64,000 bases of DNA from a virus, in IMG/VR virus record IMGVR_UViG_3300013137_000010, positions 1 to 64,000 of that record. One strand, 5' to 3'. The translations under genes and the position numbers were made by a program. Shown here piece after piece: positions 49,230 to 59,058 of the stretch; within the stretch, counting starts at the first letter, position 1, and each line of letters begins with the position of its first letter. The notes beneath the pieces are model-generated. The model saw only the letters and a program-made list of their open reading frames with translations, was not told the DNA's origin and searched no databases.

Positions 49230-49793
49230 ATGCCATTAGCACATTTCACTGCCATTGATTCTCACAGAGAAAAATGGGAACCCATTCACAAGAATCTATA
49301 CGAAGTTACGATTATTTTACCAACCGTACTTCAAACGATTCACCCAAATGCAACTCATTTATTGATGGAGAATACCAAATCGGCTAAGTTCCCAACTTAT
49401 CCAGATTTACAATCTCAAACACAAAGATTTAAATACTCAACTAGAGTATTCGTCATGATGCCTGCACAAACTCACGTTGATGATTTAACTATGACATTCA
49501 ATCTCAACCAGAATGATGACTATCAAATTTTTTGCTTCAAAATGCTTAAAGATTGGTATGATTTAGGATGGAACAATGAAACAGGTACACTTCATTACAA
49601 GAAAAATTTAGTTGGTGATATTATCATACACCTACACGACAAAGAAGGTAAAGTTATCCGTAGAGTTACTTACCATAATGCAATGCTAAGACAATTTACA
49701 GGGTTTGAAGAAGTCAACTGGGACGATTCAACAGCAATCTTCGATCTTTCTTGTACTTGGGTAGCAGACTACTGGGAAGATTTCTACTATTAG
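49230..49793 (+). CDS. Tail tube protein (gp19-like)
   Basis: Size, position after the sheath and the WYD...K...GDIII...TWVADYWE pattern. Confidence 0.8.
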   Translation: MPLAHFTAIDSHREKWEPIHKNLYEVTIILPTVLQTIHPNATHLLMENTKSAKFPTYPDLQSQTQRFKYSTRVFVMMPAQTHVDDLTMTFNLNQNDDYQIFCFKMLKDWYDLGWNNETGTLHYKKNLVGDIIIHLHDKEGKVIRRVTYHNAMLRQFTGFEEVNWDDSTAIFDLSCTWVADYWEDFYY

Positions 49794-49821
49794 GCTATAA
49801 TGCTTATAATCAATAGATTAC

Positions 49822-49853
49822 AAAAAAAGATACAAGAAATTGTATCTTTTTTT
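49822..49853 (+). terminator. Intrinsic terminator
   Basis: aaaaaagatacaa-gaaa-ttgtatcttttt after the tail tube gene. Confidence 0.75.
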
Positions 49854-49906
49854 GTTTTTATGACTATTGGGAACGATAAATATTTATATATACAAATAAA
49901 AAGATT

Positions 49907-50608
49907 ATGGAAAAGCAATGTAGAATTTGTGGAAAAATTAAATATGTAAATGAATTTCACAAGAAGAAAGGAACATCTGATGGCTATAGAAATGAATGTA
50001 AAGAGTGTGTGAAAGATATCCAAAAAAAATATAAGGAAGCACCTGGATTTAAAGAAAAACAAAAAGAATATGATAAGAAAAGATATGATGAAAATAGAGA
50101 AAGTGTTTTAGAAAGAAAAAAAGAGTATCATAAAGAAAATAGAGAAAAAATATTAGTTCAAAAGAAGCAATATAGAAATGATCCTGATAATAAAGAAAGA
50201 ATTAAGGAATATTTAAATGAATATAGGATTAATAATAAAGAAGAGTTGAAAGAGTGGAGAAAAAATAATCGACATATTTTAGCAAAGAACCAAGAAAATT
50301 ATAGATTAAATAATCCTCATATAATCGCTTGGCGTTCTGTTTTATATTCAACTCTTAAACGACTTGATACTAAAAAACAAGGACATACCATAGATATGTT
50401 AGGTTATTCTGCATTAGAATTAAAGCATTATATTGAGAAACAATTCACAGAGGGTATGACTTGGAAGAATCATGGTGAGTGGCATATTGACCATATACGT
50501 CCTGTAACTAAGTTTGCAACAACTGAAGATGTTAAAATTGTATGTGCTTTGGAGAATTTACAACCTTTGTGGGCGGATGAAAATTTACATAAAAATAATA
50601 AATTTTAA
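49907..50608 (+). CDS. HNH endonuclease
   Basis: CRIC...CKEC zinc motif; GMTWKNHGEWHIDHIRP...NLQPLWADENLHK. Confidence 0.88.
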   Translation: MEKQCRICGKIKYVNEFHKKKGTSDGYRNECKECVKDIQKKYKEAPGFKEKQKEYDKKRYDENRESVLERKKEYHKENREKILVQKKQYRNDPDNKERIKEYLNEYRINNKEELKEWRKNNRHILAKNQENYRLNNPHIIAWRSVLYSTLKRLDTKKQGHTIDMLGYSALELKHYIEKQFTEGMTWKNHGEWHIDHIRPVTKFATTEDVKIVCALENLQPLWADENLHKNNKF

Positions 50609-51243
50609 TAAACTCTAATTTCTGATATTAGAATATCTAAGGTATTGGGATACTTAATTTTCTCATTAATCCATGCTGAATAAAATGTTATATAAGCTGG
50701 TCCTGGTTTAAACCAGGAAATATCTATCATTGGATTACCTGTAGGTGGTATTCCCCCATAAAATTTAAGTATTCTTCCGTTTTTTATTTCAAACTTATAA
50801 CTATTCGGATCTGTGATATATTTAGGTGAATGTCCAATTTGCTCGTATTGTGGTATTATTGTATATGTTTCTATAGTTGGCGTGTAGAGACCTCTGAATT
50901 CATTTATTTTTGGATTTTTATTTCCTAATATTTTCCATTGTGGACCGTGTTGATAATATAAATTATAATATTCTTTTTCGTCATCCGCATTTAATGTAAG
51001 GATACTAGAATTTATTGGTTCTATTTTTGTTGATACTTTTGGCATTAGTTGGCATACTATACTTGGTGAACCTTGTCCTGATATAATATGAAAAGGTGGT
51101 TCTACTGTCCATAGATATGAATTCTTTTTTGCACCCTCATAATGTAATTTATAAAGAATTTGTGGTTGTGAATAGCCAGGTGGTTTATTTGGATAGGAAT
51201 GCTCTAGTGTCGTGTTGGATATAAAATTTTCAGATATAATCAT
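50605..51243 (-). CDS. Hypothetical protein (Ig/PKD-like beta-rich)
   Basis: YLWTV...IISGQG motif. Confidence 0.6.
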   Translation of the reverse strand: MIISENFISNTTLEHSYPNKPPGYSQPQILYKLHYEGAKKNSYLWTVEPPFHIISGQGSPSIVCQLMPKVSTKIEPINSSILTLNADDEKEYYNLYYQHGPQWKILGNKNPKINEFRGLYTPTIETYTIIPQYEQIGHSPKYITDPNSYKFEIKNGRILKFYGGIPPTGNPMIDISWFKPGPAYITFYSAWINEKIKYPNTLDILISEIRVY

Positions 51244-51337
51244 TTTAGCACATTTTCTTTTATATATTAATTAATTAATCTAATTTTTTTAAGGGGACGG
51301 GATTGTTTTAATATATAAATAAAAATAATATTTTAAT

Positions 51338-52297
51338 ATGAGTGATAATTTTAAAAATAAAAAAGAAGAAGATGCACTAAATTACTTAGAAAAAAATTTT
51401 GTTGGTGGTGAGCAAGATAATTCTATTGAGTCGGTTAAGAAAGTAGATTTATCTTATTTTGATAGTGTACCTTCTAATGAATATATTGCTATACCGTTGG
51501 ATGTTTTACCGTGTGGTACATTTTATAAACAAGGAACAAAGATTAGTATTAGAGCCGCTAGAGTTCAAGAAGTTCAGGCTTATTCTGTTGTTGATGATAA
51601 TAATTATCTAGATATAACTGAGAAGATGAATGGTATTTTGGCTTCTTGTATAAAATATTATTATCCTAATGGTATGCAAGGATCTTATAAAGATATTAAA
51701 GATGGTGATAGATTATTTTTAATTTTTATGATTAGAGAATTAACTTTTCCTGGTGGTAAAAATTTATCGAAAGAAGTAACTTGTGGTAACTGTGGTAATG
51801 AATTTAAGATGGAATTAAGAGCCACTGGAACTGAAGCAAATGGTAAAACTTTTGTTAATTATGAGATGCCAGAGAAACTTTTTAAATTTTTTGATCCTAC
51901 TGAAAGAGTTTTTTCTTTTAATATAGAAGGTGCAGATTATAAATTAGCACCTCCTACTATAGGTATACAGGAGATATTTTTCGGTGATATTAAGAATAAG
52001 ATTCAGGTTGATAAAAATCCTAATGTTGCATTTTTAAAAGTTGCTTCATTTATGCTACATGATAGAAATAGAATCACCGAAGATGGTATTAAAGTTAAGG
52101 AGCAAGAATTTAAAAAATTGAGTATGTCAACTTTTCAAATTTTGAATAGTGCTGTAAATCAGATGGTTTTTGGTATAAAGGAACTTAAGTGTAACTGTCC
52201 ATCGTGTGGAGTGGAGGTCCGCACTGATATGTCCTTTCCCACAGGAGCCTCAAATATTTTCGTTATTCCAGATGCCTTTGACGAATATTTTGGATAA
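51338..52297 (+). CDS. Baseplate hub assembly protein, gp26-like
   Basis: DRLFLIFMIRELTF, CGNCG and CPSCG; follows the tail tube gene. Confidence 0.7.
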   Translation: MSDNFKNKKEEDALNYLEKNFVGGEQDNSIESVKKVDLSYFDSVPSNEYIAIPLDVLPCGTFYKQGTKISIRAARVQEVQAYSVVDDNNYLDITEKMNGILASCIKYYYPNGMQGSYKDIKDGDRLFLIFMIRELTFPGGKNLSKEVTCGNCGNEFKMELRATGTEANGKTFVNYEMPEKLFKFFDPTERVFSFNIEGADYKLAPPTIGIQEIFFGDIKNKIQVDKNPNVAFLKVASFMLHDRNRITEDGIKVKEQEFKKLSMSTFQILNSAVNQMVFGIKELKCNCPSCGVEVRTDMSFPTGASNIFVIPDAFDEYFG

Positions 52298-52520
52298 TAA
52301 ATTTGGATTCATGGATATTGATCATATTCCACCTAGATATATGAATGAATTGGCTTGGTGGGAATTTGAGGAATATGTTAAAAGACTGAATGATAGAATA
52401 GAAAGAGAAAATAAAGCGCATAAGGATTCTGAGAAAAATCAACCTAAGATACCTGATTATTCAAACAAAATACCGAATGTTGGTTCAATGATGAGCAATT
52501 TAGGAAAATATAAACCATAA
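52272..52520 (+). CDS. Small baseplate/tail assembly protein, gp51-like
   Basis: ELAWWEFEEYVKRLNDRIERENK; likely start at ATG 52272, overlapping the upstream gene. Confidence 0.6.
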   Translation: MPLTNILDNKFGFMDIDHIPPRYMNELAWWEFEEYVKRLNDRIERENKAHKDSEKNQPKIPDYSNKIPNVGSMMSNLGKYKP

Positions 52521-52527
52521 TCTTCAG

Positions 52528-52554
52528 AAAAGTTCACAAAATGTGAACTTTTTT
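52528..52554 (+). terminator. Intrinsic terminator
   Basis: aaaagttcaca-aaa-tgtgaactttttt. Confidence 0.75.
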
Positions 52555-52595
52555 GATTTTAAAATTAAATATATAAGAAAAAATAATTTAACACT

Positions 52596-52802
52596 ATGAA
52601 AAATATTAAGTCTTATAATGAATTTAATCAAACACCTGTAAATGAATCTTTTACAATAACATTAGATCAATTACCAAGCATTGGTGATATAGTAGATAAG
52701 GTAAGTTGGAGAGAGGGTGAGAAGATTGCGTTTATAGATTTTAAGGGAATTAAAAATATACCTGTTCAAATTACAAAAAAAGAATCAAGTTCAGAAATTT
52801 AA
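52596..52802 (+). CDS. Small hypothetical protein (MKNIKSYNEF leader)
   Basis: ORF behind the late promoter motif. Confidence 0.7.
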   Translation: MKNIKSYNEFNQTPVNESFTITLDQLPSIGDIVDKVSWREGEKIAFIDFKGIKNIPVQITKKESSSEI

Positions 52803-52823
52803 GATTTAGAGACCGCCTAATTT

Positions 52824-53291
52824 ATGATTAGTTTTTATGAATATATAATGGAAGCTGTAAGTCATCATAGACTTTCAGGTGTCGTACTTATTTATAATAA
52901 TAAGATTTTATTGGTTAGACCTAAGAAATTTAGAAGAAATATGAGAAAATGGTCTATACCAAAGGGTCATATTGAGGCAAAGATGAATAAAATGGAAACT
53001 GCTCTAAAAGAATTAAGAGAAGAATCTAGAATAAAATTAAATAAACAAAAACTAAAAAAGTCTGAAAAAATTACAATTAAATATTTTAAAGCTGGTTACA
53101 ATAAAGAATTAACATGTTATGTTGTTAAAGTTGAAAGGTATGAAATTAACGTTAGATTATTTAATGATATGATATTAAGTAATTTTTTAAAAGGTGAGAC
53201 TGTGGAGGCTGGTTTTTTTAATAAAAATGATGCAAAAAGAATTATAGAAAGACATCAATTACAATTATTGAATTTTTTAGATTATGAATAA
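52824..53291 (+). CDS. Nudix hydrolase
   Basis: WSIPKGHIE...ETALKELREES. Confidence 0.85.
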   Translation: MISFYEYIMEAVSHHRLSGVVLIYNNKILLVRPKKFRRNMRKWSIPKGHIEAKMNKMETALKELREESRIKLNKQKLKKSEKITIKYFKAGYNKELTCYVVKVERYEINVRLFNDMILSNFLKGETVEAGFFNKNDAKRIIERHQLQLLNFLDYE

Positions 53292-54162
53292 AGAAATTGC
53301 TTTTTTTGATTTGGATAATACTCTTTGGTTTATAAAGAGTGATATTTGGGTAATTGATAAGAATGATCCATCTAAACCGATTTTAAAAATTTCACCTATT
53401 GAATTTGCTCTTATTAAAAGTGGAATTTATGTTAAGGATGATATTTTAATTGAATTCAATGGTGATAGTTTTTATATTTCTAAAGATATGGTTGAAAGAA
53501 TTCAAAGAAAGAAAAATATTAGATTGGGTAATATTGGTATTTCTTATGCTGAATTTTTTGATGAAGATATACTCAATAAGAAAGAGGTTCAATTGTTGCT
53601 TAATAATATTAGGCATTTAATAGGTAAAAATATTGAAATTGGTGTTTTAACTGCTAGAAGTGATAGAAAAAAGCATGCAAATTTACTTAATAAATTGAGA
53701 TTAAAATTAAAAGAATATGGTTTCGAAATAAACAAGATATATTTTGTTTCTGAATCAATTAAATTGGTCGGACATTTAGATAAAGTTTTTTATGATAAAA
53801 ATAAAATTCTATTAGAACATTTAGTTGGTTTAACAATTGAAAAAGATAGATTTGTACCCATTAAAAAAGAAGCATATAATACTGTTTATTTTTACGATGA
53901 TATTAAATCAAATATAGTAAATGCTAATAATTTACAAGAGTATTTTGATATTTTAGTTAGGAATAGTGATGATGAGTGTCAGGAATATATAAATAATAGA
54001 TTGGAAAATAACAAATTAATCTTGACTACCAATTTAATTACTAATAATGAAGAAAATCCATTTGAAATAGAAACCATAGAATTAAAATTTCCTATTAAAT
54101 TTCCTCTTAAAGTTTCAGATAATAAACTTACTATTAAATTTCAAGATTTCAAAAATAAATAA
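53284..54162 (+). CDS. HAD-superfamily protein
   Basis: FFDLDNTL, VLTAR and FYDD motifs. Confidence 0.7.
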   Translation: MNKEIAFFDLDNTLWFIKSDIWVIDKNDPSKPILKISPIEFALIKSGIYVKDDILIEFNGDSFYISKDMVERIQRKKNIRLGNIGISYAEFFDEDILNKKEVQLLLNNIRHLIGKNIEIGVLTARSDRKKHANLLNKLRLKLKEYGFEINKIYFVSESIKLVGHLDKVFYDKNKILLEHLVGLTIEKDRFVPIKKEAYNTVYFYDDIKSNIVNANNLQEYFDILVRNSDDECQEYINNRLENNKLILTTNLITNNEENPFEIETIELKFPIKFPLKVSDNKLTIKFQDFKNK

Positions 54163-54163
54163 C

Positions 54164-55816
54164 TTATGGTGATGGTGTAGTTGTTGTAGTAGTTGTTCCA
54201 CAAGCAAGAACACAACTAACATAACCAGTTAATAATGTATGCTCTGGATAAGCTCCAGATGTTGTTGGACCTTGAATTTGTAATGCAACAGAGCCAGATA
54301 GATAATATTTACCATAATCACCAGGTGCCACATAATCTAATGTTTTTATATCATAAGTGCTATTCAATGTACATCCTGGACAACTAAATTCTTTAACAGT
54401 ATAATAATTATAAGGATCTGGTGCTGGTGTAGTAGTTGGTAATGATGTTGTTGGTGAAAATATGGTTGTAGTTGTTGTTGTTTCACCACCGTCTGTAGTA
54501 GTTGTTGTAGTTTCGGATGATCCTGTTGTTGTGGTTGTTGTCTCTGATGAACTTCCGGATGGACTAACACCGCTACTTCCGCTTGCTCCGCTTGTTCCAC
54601 TTGTGCCAGGTTTTCCACTAGAACCGCTAGTACCACTAGTTCCAGATGCGCCTTTTTCTGGCATAGGTCTTATTTTAATTCTGACTGTTCCTTCTTTAAC
54701 CTCGCCAGTAGTTTTATCTGTAACTTTAGCCGTATAGATTGTTGTTTTTTCAGGAGCTATACTAACATTTCTATCTGTTCCGATTACATTACCTTGATCA
54801 TCAGTCCATTGATAATCATAATCCCAACTTCCACCACTTGGATATGCATCTAATTTTGTAGATTCACCTGGTTCTAAATTCGTATCACTTGCTCTTGGAT
54901 CTACTTCTAGCTTCTGTTCATCTTTTTTCTTCATTAATTTTTTGAATGCTTCAACTACTTTATTTAATAATCCTAATATTGAAGTTAAAGAACCTATTAT
55001 ACCTAAAATTACAGTTATTACAGCGATAATTTGAGAAATTATTGCTTGAGCTTGTTTTGAAAGTACTATACCTAATTTTTTTAATACACTTAAAAATGGT
55101 AATAATTCTGCTACCTTTTCTTGAAGTGCTTTAATAGTTCTAAATACTGTTTGAACAGCGGTTAATGCTGTCGGTACACCTGAACCTGGTGGTATTATGA
55201 TTATTGAAGAAATTAGAGATAATAATGCAAGTACAATTTGAATAATAGCTTCAGGTAAAGCAAGTATGAATTCTGCAATTTTAATTGCCAATTGCTTTAA
55301 ATCTTCCTTTAATCCTTTGACCAAATCTTTTGCATCTTTAAACATAGGATGCTTAGTATCCATAGGTGGCATATAATCTTCTTCACCAGGATGAGCAACA
55401 CATTCTATATTACTATCATCATAATTTGCATTCTTATACCATACCCATGCGGATCCTTCATAATCTTTGTCGTATAGCTTACCATCTTTATAAAAAACTT
55501 TACCATATACAATTAATTGTGCTCTTTCTTCATCAATCGGTTCTGCACCTGGAAACCAACCAGGATTGAATTTACTGCCTTGAATAATTAACATTTTTTT
55601 AGAGATCTGTCTAGGTGATAATAAAAATTTATCTTGGATTAATTTCCAAATCATATTTGCTACATCTTTAATTCCAGGTAGACCTATTTCTTGTAGTTTA
55701 TTTATTTTATCTTTAGCATCATCAATAATTTTTTCAAAATCATCCACATTGGGACTATTAAAATTTTCCTTGTCCAAAGGATTAGGAATTAATTGTTTTA
55801 AAAATTCGATTGGCAT
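54164..55816 (-). CDS. Putative virion/surface protein with hydrophobic helices, Ig-like domain, GTSGSS and Thr-rich repeats
   Basis: Likely start MPIEF at 55816; YDYQWTD...TTIYTAKVTD Ig-like segment; low-complexity C-terminus. Confidence 0.7.
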   Translation of the reverse strand: MPIEFLKQLIPNPLDKENFNSPNVDDFEKIIDDAKDKINKLQEIGLPGIKDVANMIWKLIQDKFLLSPRQISKKMLIIQGSKFNPGWFPGAEPIDEERAQLIVYGKVFYKDGKLYDKDYEGSAWVWYKNANYDDSNIECVAHPGEEDYMPPMDTKHPMFKDAKDLVKGLKEDLKQLAIKIAEFILALPEAIIQIVLALLSLISSIIIIPPGSGVPTALTAVQTVFRTIKALQEKVAELLPFLSVLKKLGIVLSKQAQAIISQIIAVITVILGIIGSLTSILGLLNKVVEAFKKLMKKKDEQKLEVDPRASDTNLEPGESTKLDAYPSGGSWDYDYQWTDDQGNVIGTDRNVSIAPEKTTIYTAKVTDKTTGEVKEGTVRIKIRPMPEKGASGTSGTSGSSGKPGTSGTSGASGSSGVSPSGSSSETTTTTTGSSETTTTTTDGGETTTTTTIFSPTTSLPTTTPAPDPYNYYTVKEFSCPGCTLNSTYDIKTLDYVAPGDYGKYYLSGSVALQIQGPTTSGAYPEHTLLTGYVSCVLACGTTTTTTTPSP

Positions 55817-55904
55817 TGATAAAAATATTTTATGATATATATTAAATTCTTTATTCTCAAAATGATTTTGAAAAATTAATATATAAAAAAAAATATTTAA
55901 ACAA

Positions 55905-56936
55905 ATGAAGAATTTATATACAAGAAATGAGTTCAAAAATCTTGAAAATTTAGATAAATTAAATGAAGGATTATTTCAATTCATGGGAAATATTTTTAAG
56001 AAAATCAATGCCGTCATTAATAAGGTTAAGGGTGCCAAAGAGGTTGATGTAATTTTCAAAGAATATCAAACAATTATAGATAACGAATTTAAGAAAAAAT
56101 TTAATATTGATTTAGGTATAACAGCCGAAGAACAATTACAAGATATGAAAGATTCTGGAAAAAATCCAGTAAAGGAAGCTGTTGATACAGAACAAAAACA
56201 AACTACTCAACCTGATCAAACTGATAATACAGAAGAACAAGAAAAAAATACTAAATTATCATTAAAAACATTAAAAGAGAAACAGAAATTAATTCAAAAT
56301 CTTATTAATCAATATCGAGATAAGGCTTTACTTAAAATGGATAGAGTTTTACAAAAAATGGGAGGAAAAGAAAAAAATCCTAAATTGGCCTTGTATATAG
56401 AAACTAAAAAAGATGAATTTAGATTAATGTTTTTGAATGCTGAAATTTCTGCCCTTGAAAAAGGTGGTGATAAAACCACTGCATCTAAACTTGCGATAGA
56501 AAGAAATAAATTAGCTAAAGAAATAAATGCAAGACTTGATAATATAGTAAAGAATAAGGATGTTGAGATAAATGTAGGTGGTAATTTATTTAGAGTTGGC
56601 GTTCCATATAGATACAAAAAGAAAGATGGTAGTATTGCAATTATTAAAATTTCAGATAAAGCTAAAGATCCAGATGAAGTTATTGCTAGATATATTTCAG
56701 ATGAAATGGGTAAGACTGAACTTCAGCCATTTAGAGCTGAAAATATAGATAAGGACTTTACTCCGGAGAAAGGTAAAGATTACAATTTTTATAATTCGAA
56801 AGGTGAGATAATTAAAGTAAAAGTAAAATCAGATAAACCAAACGATAAAGGACTAGTAACTGTTATTGGACCTAAAGGTGGAGGCGGATTTATGATTAAT
56901 AAAAATACTTTAATGGATATAACTGAAGGTGCTTAA
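55905..56936 (+). CDS. Hypothetical protein (MKNLYTRNEF leader)
   Basis: 343-aa ORF with the late promoter motif upstream. Confidence 0.75.
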   Translation: MKNLYTRNEFKNLENLDKLNEGLFQFMGNIFKKINAVINKVKGAKEVDVIFKEYQTIIDNEFKKKFNIDLGITAEEQLQDMKDSGKNPVKEAVDTEQKQTTQPDQTDNTEEQEKNTKLSLKTLKEKQKLIQNLINQYRDKALLKMDRVLQKMGGKEKNPKLALYIETKKDEFRLMFLNAEISALEKGGDKTTASKLAIERNKLAKEINARLDNIVKNKDVEINVGGNLFRVGVPYRYKKKDGSIAIIKISDKAKDPDEVIARYISDEMGKTELQPFRAENIDKDFTPEKGKDYNFYNSKGEIIKVKVKSDKPNDKGLVTVIGPKGGGGFMINKNTLMDITEGA

Positions 56937-57773
56937 ATGAATAATATAATTTCATATTACAATTTTTTAAATGAAGAATTATCTTCTGTGTCAAAGTTTT
57001 TAAAGACTTATTATAAAAACATTTTCAAAGAACCTAATCAATCATTACATAATTTATTTGTTGATTTTACTAAAAAAGTAGATACAGATAAAAATGTTTC
57101 TAATCTATATCAAAGATATATCAAAGCTAATCAAACTAATATTCAAAATGAGATTAATCAAGCAGAATCTATTGATGCTGTTAATAAAATTGTTACAGAT
57201 TCTTTAAAATATTTCTATTATTCTCTAAAACCGATAGTAAATAAATTACAAAATGATGAATTTACTATGGATGAAATATTTAGTAGAGCAAGAGATAAAA
57301 GATTGAAAGTTTTAATGACATATCCAGAAGATCAATTTGCAAATGCCGCACCGGAGTATATTGGACAGGTTGCTGTACCACAAATAAAAGAATTATCTGG
57401 TCTGGATAAAGAAAAAGAAAACGAACCAGCTCAAACAGAGAATACAACTGAAAGAATAAAGTATAATATACAAAAGATATTAGAAGCTGATAATCCAAAT
57501 GAACAGGCCGATTTAGTCGCATATAAAAAGGCAGCTACTAATTGGATTAATACGACCTTATTTGATTTACTAAAACCTAAAATGCAATTATTAAATCAAT
57601 TAGGTGCAAATACATCTAATGCAGTTGATCAAATATCGGATCAGATAAAAGGCTCAGCTAATGATAATGCAAAAAAAATGATTCTTAATAAGATAATTAA
57701 CATGAACGCAAAAGAATTACAAAATTTAGCTAAAACACTGGGCCTGTCTGAGGACGAAACGGGAAGAATATAA
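56937..57773 (+). CDS. Hypothetical protein (MNNIISYYNFLNE leader)
   Basis: 278-aa ORF abutting the previous gene. Confidence 0.75.
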   Translation: MNNIISYYNFLNEELSSVSKFLKTYYKNIFKEPNQSLHNLFVDFTKKVDTDKNVSNLYQRYIKANQTNIQNEINQAESIDAVNKIVTDSLKYFYYSLKPIVNKLQNDEFTMDEIFSRARDKRLKVLMTYPEDQFANAAPEYIGQVAVPQIKELSGLDKEKENEPAQTENTTERIKYNIQKILEADNPNEQADLVAYKKAATNWINTTLFDLLKPKMQLLNQLGANTSNAVDQISDQIKGSANDNAKKMILNKIINMNAKELQNLAKTLGLSEDETGRI

Positions 57774-58235
57774 ATGATGACGGAAAAAATTATACAAAAA
57801 ATTATAAAATCAATAGGATCCACTGGTTCGTTGATAATTCATTCTATAATATTTATTATAGCCTTTTTTCTATACTTTTCAGAAATATTTGATAAAAATA
57901 CAATATTGCTAATCTTAACAACGATCGTATCATTAGAAGCAATTTATCTATCTATACTTATTCAAATGAGTGTAAATTTTCAATCCAAAAAATTTGAAGA
58001 AATTAAAAAAGATGTAGAAGATATACAAGAGAATGTTGAGGATATTCAAAAAGATGTTGAGGATATACAAGAGAATGTTGAGGATATACAAGAGAATGTT
58101 GAAGAAATCCAAGAAAATGTGGCGGAAGAAGATGAAGAGGATGATGAGTATGAATCAGCATTAACAGAAGTTAGAGAAACGCTTAAAAAACTTTTGTTAA
58201 ATTTCGATGAATTAAAAAACAAAAAGAAGAAATGA
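57774..58235 (+). CDS. DUF1003-like membrane protein with heptad coiled-coil repeats
   Basis: Two TM helices, LTTIVSLEAIYLSILIQMSVN, repeated VEDIQEN. Confidence 0.75.
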   Translation: MMTEKIIQKIIKSIGSTGSLIIHSIIFIIAFFLYFSEIFDKNTILLILTTIVSLEAIYLSILIQMSVNFQSKKFEEIKKDVEDIQENVEDIQKDVEDIQENVEDIQENVEEIQENVAEEDEEDDEYESALTEVRETLKKLLLNFDELKNKKKK

Positions 58236-58495
58236 AATACTTAAATAAAATAAATGAGACAATAGAAAATAAAAAACTCGTAATAATTTCTGGAGATGAT
58301 TGGGAAGGTATTTATATTGATGGTAAATTAATTGATGAAGGACATAGTATAGACTGGAGATTTGTATTAAAAGTATTGGGTTATAATATTAGTGGTACTT
58401 ACATAGAGGATGAAGAATTTTGGGAGATTGGTAATTTACCAGATAAATTAGAAGATTTAGAAGTAATATTAAATTCTAAAAAATATAATTTATAA
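58232..58495 (+). CDS. Small hypothetical protein (MKYLNKINE leader, SKKYNL C-terminus)
   Basis: 87-aa ORF; DDWEGIYIDGKL. Confidence 0.75.
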   Translation: MKYLNKINETIENKKLVIISGDDWEGIYIDGKLIDEGHSIDWRFVLKVLGYNISGTYIEDEEFWEIGNLPDKLEDLEVILNSKKYNL

Positions 58496-58710
58496 AAACA
58501 CCGCAAAAAATAAACTTTTTTTATAAATTTGCGTATAAAATAGAAATTAGAAAAAAACGACATTTTTTGAGTAATATATAAGAAAAGAAAAAAATTATAA
58601 AAATTATAAAAAAATTACATTTTTAGTTTTTTATTTCGGAAAATATTTTTATCTTTGTAAAAGATTAAAGATGATAAAACAGAAACAAAAATTTTTAATA
58701 TATAAGTAAT

Positions 58711-58806
58711 ATGAAAAACTTTAGGAAAAATACAGCAGTAGCCACGACAACCCCCGTAACAGGAGGCAGACCAGTCGGATTATGCTCGGGCGTATACCTA
58801 AAGTGA
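58711..58806 (+). CDS. Putative attenuator leader peptide of the tRNA operon
   Basis: MKNFRKNTAVATTTPVTGGRPVGLCSGVYLK*, downstream of TATCTTTG (58650) and TTAATATATA (58695); overlaps the antiterminator arm. Confidence 0.75.
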   Translation: MKNFRKNTAVATTTPVTGGRPVGLCSGVYLK

Positions 58807-58869
58807 AGTATGTTTTATAGATTATAGGTAGAAACCCGAGGGCGCTAAGCGACTTCGGGTTTTGTTTTT
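58785..58869 (+). promoter_or_regulatory. Mutually exclusive antiterminator and terminator hairpins
   Basis: CTCGGG(58785)..TACCTA pairs with TAGGTA..CCCGAG(58840); alternatively AAACCCGAGG/CTTCGGGTTT (58832-58862) followed by TGTTTTT. Confidence 0.75.
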
Positions 58870-58895
58870 AATAGTGTGTTCTTTGTAGAAAATAT

Positions 58896-58970
58896 CTAGG
58901 TGCGATCCATGTGGTGTGGTTACCCGGCTTGGAACCGGGGTTATTGGAGGTTCGACTCCTCTCACTTAGA
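58896..58970 (+). tRNA. trnP: tRNA-Pro(UGG), irregular D-arm
   Basis: CTAGGTG/CACTTAG acceptor, CCCGG-CTTGGAA-CCGGG, GGAGG-TTCGACT-CCTCT. Confidence 0.8.
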
Positions 58971-58975
58971 CAACT

Positions 58976-59052
58976 GGTCCTGTAATGGCGGAGTCTTCTA
59001 AACTCTATGTGCATAATGGATGAAAATGAGAGTTCGAATCTCTCCTGGATCA
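58976..59052 (+). tRNA. Non-canonical D-arm-less tRNA-Arg(UCU)-like RNA
   Basis: Acceptor GGTCCTG/CTGGATC, 7-nt linker, GGAGT-CTTCTAA-ACTCT, 21-nt segment, canonical T-arm. Confidence 0.7.
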
Positions 59053-59058
59053 CAAATT

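Noticed and set aside
52206-52297. Possible programmed frameshift joining the gp26-like and gp51-like genes
   Set aside because: No clear slippery heptamer; an in-frame ATG at 52272 explains the downstream ORF.
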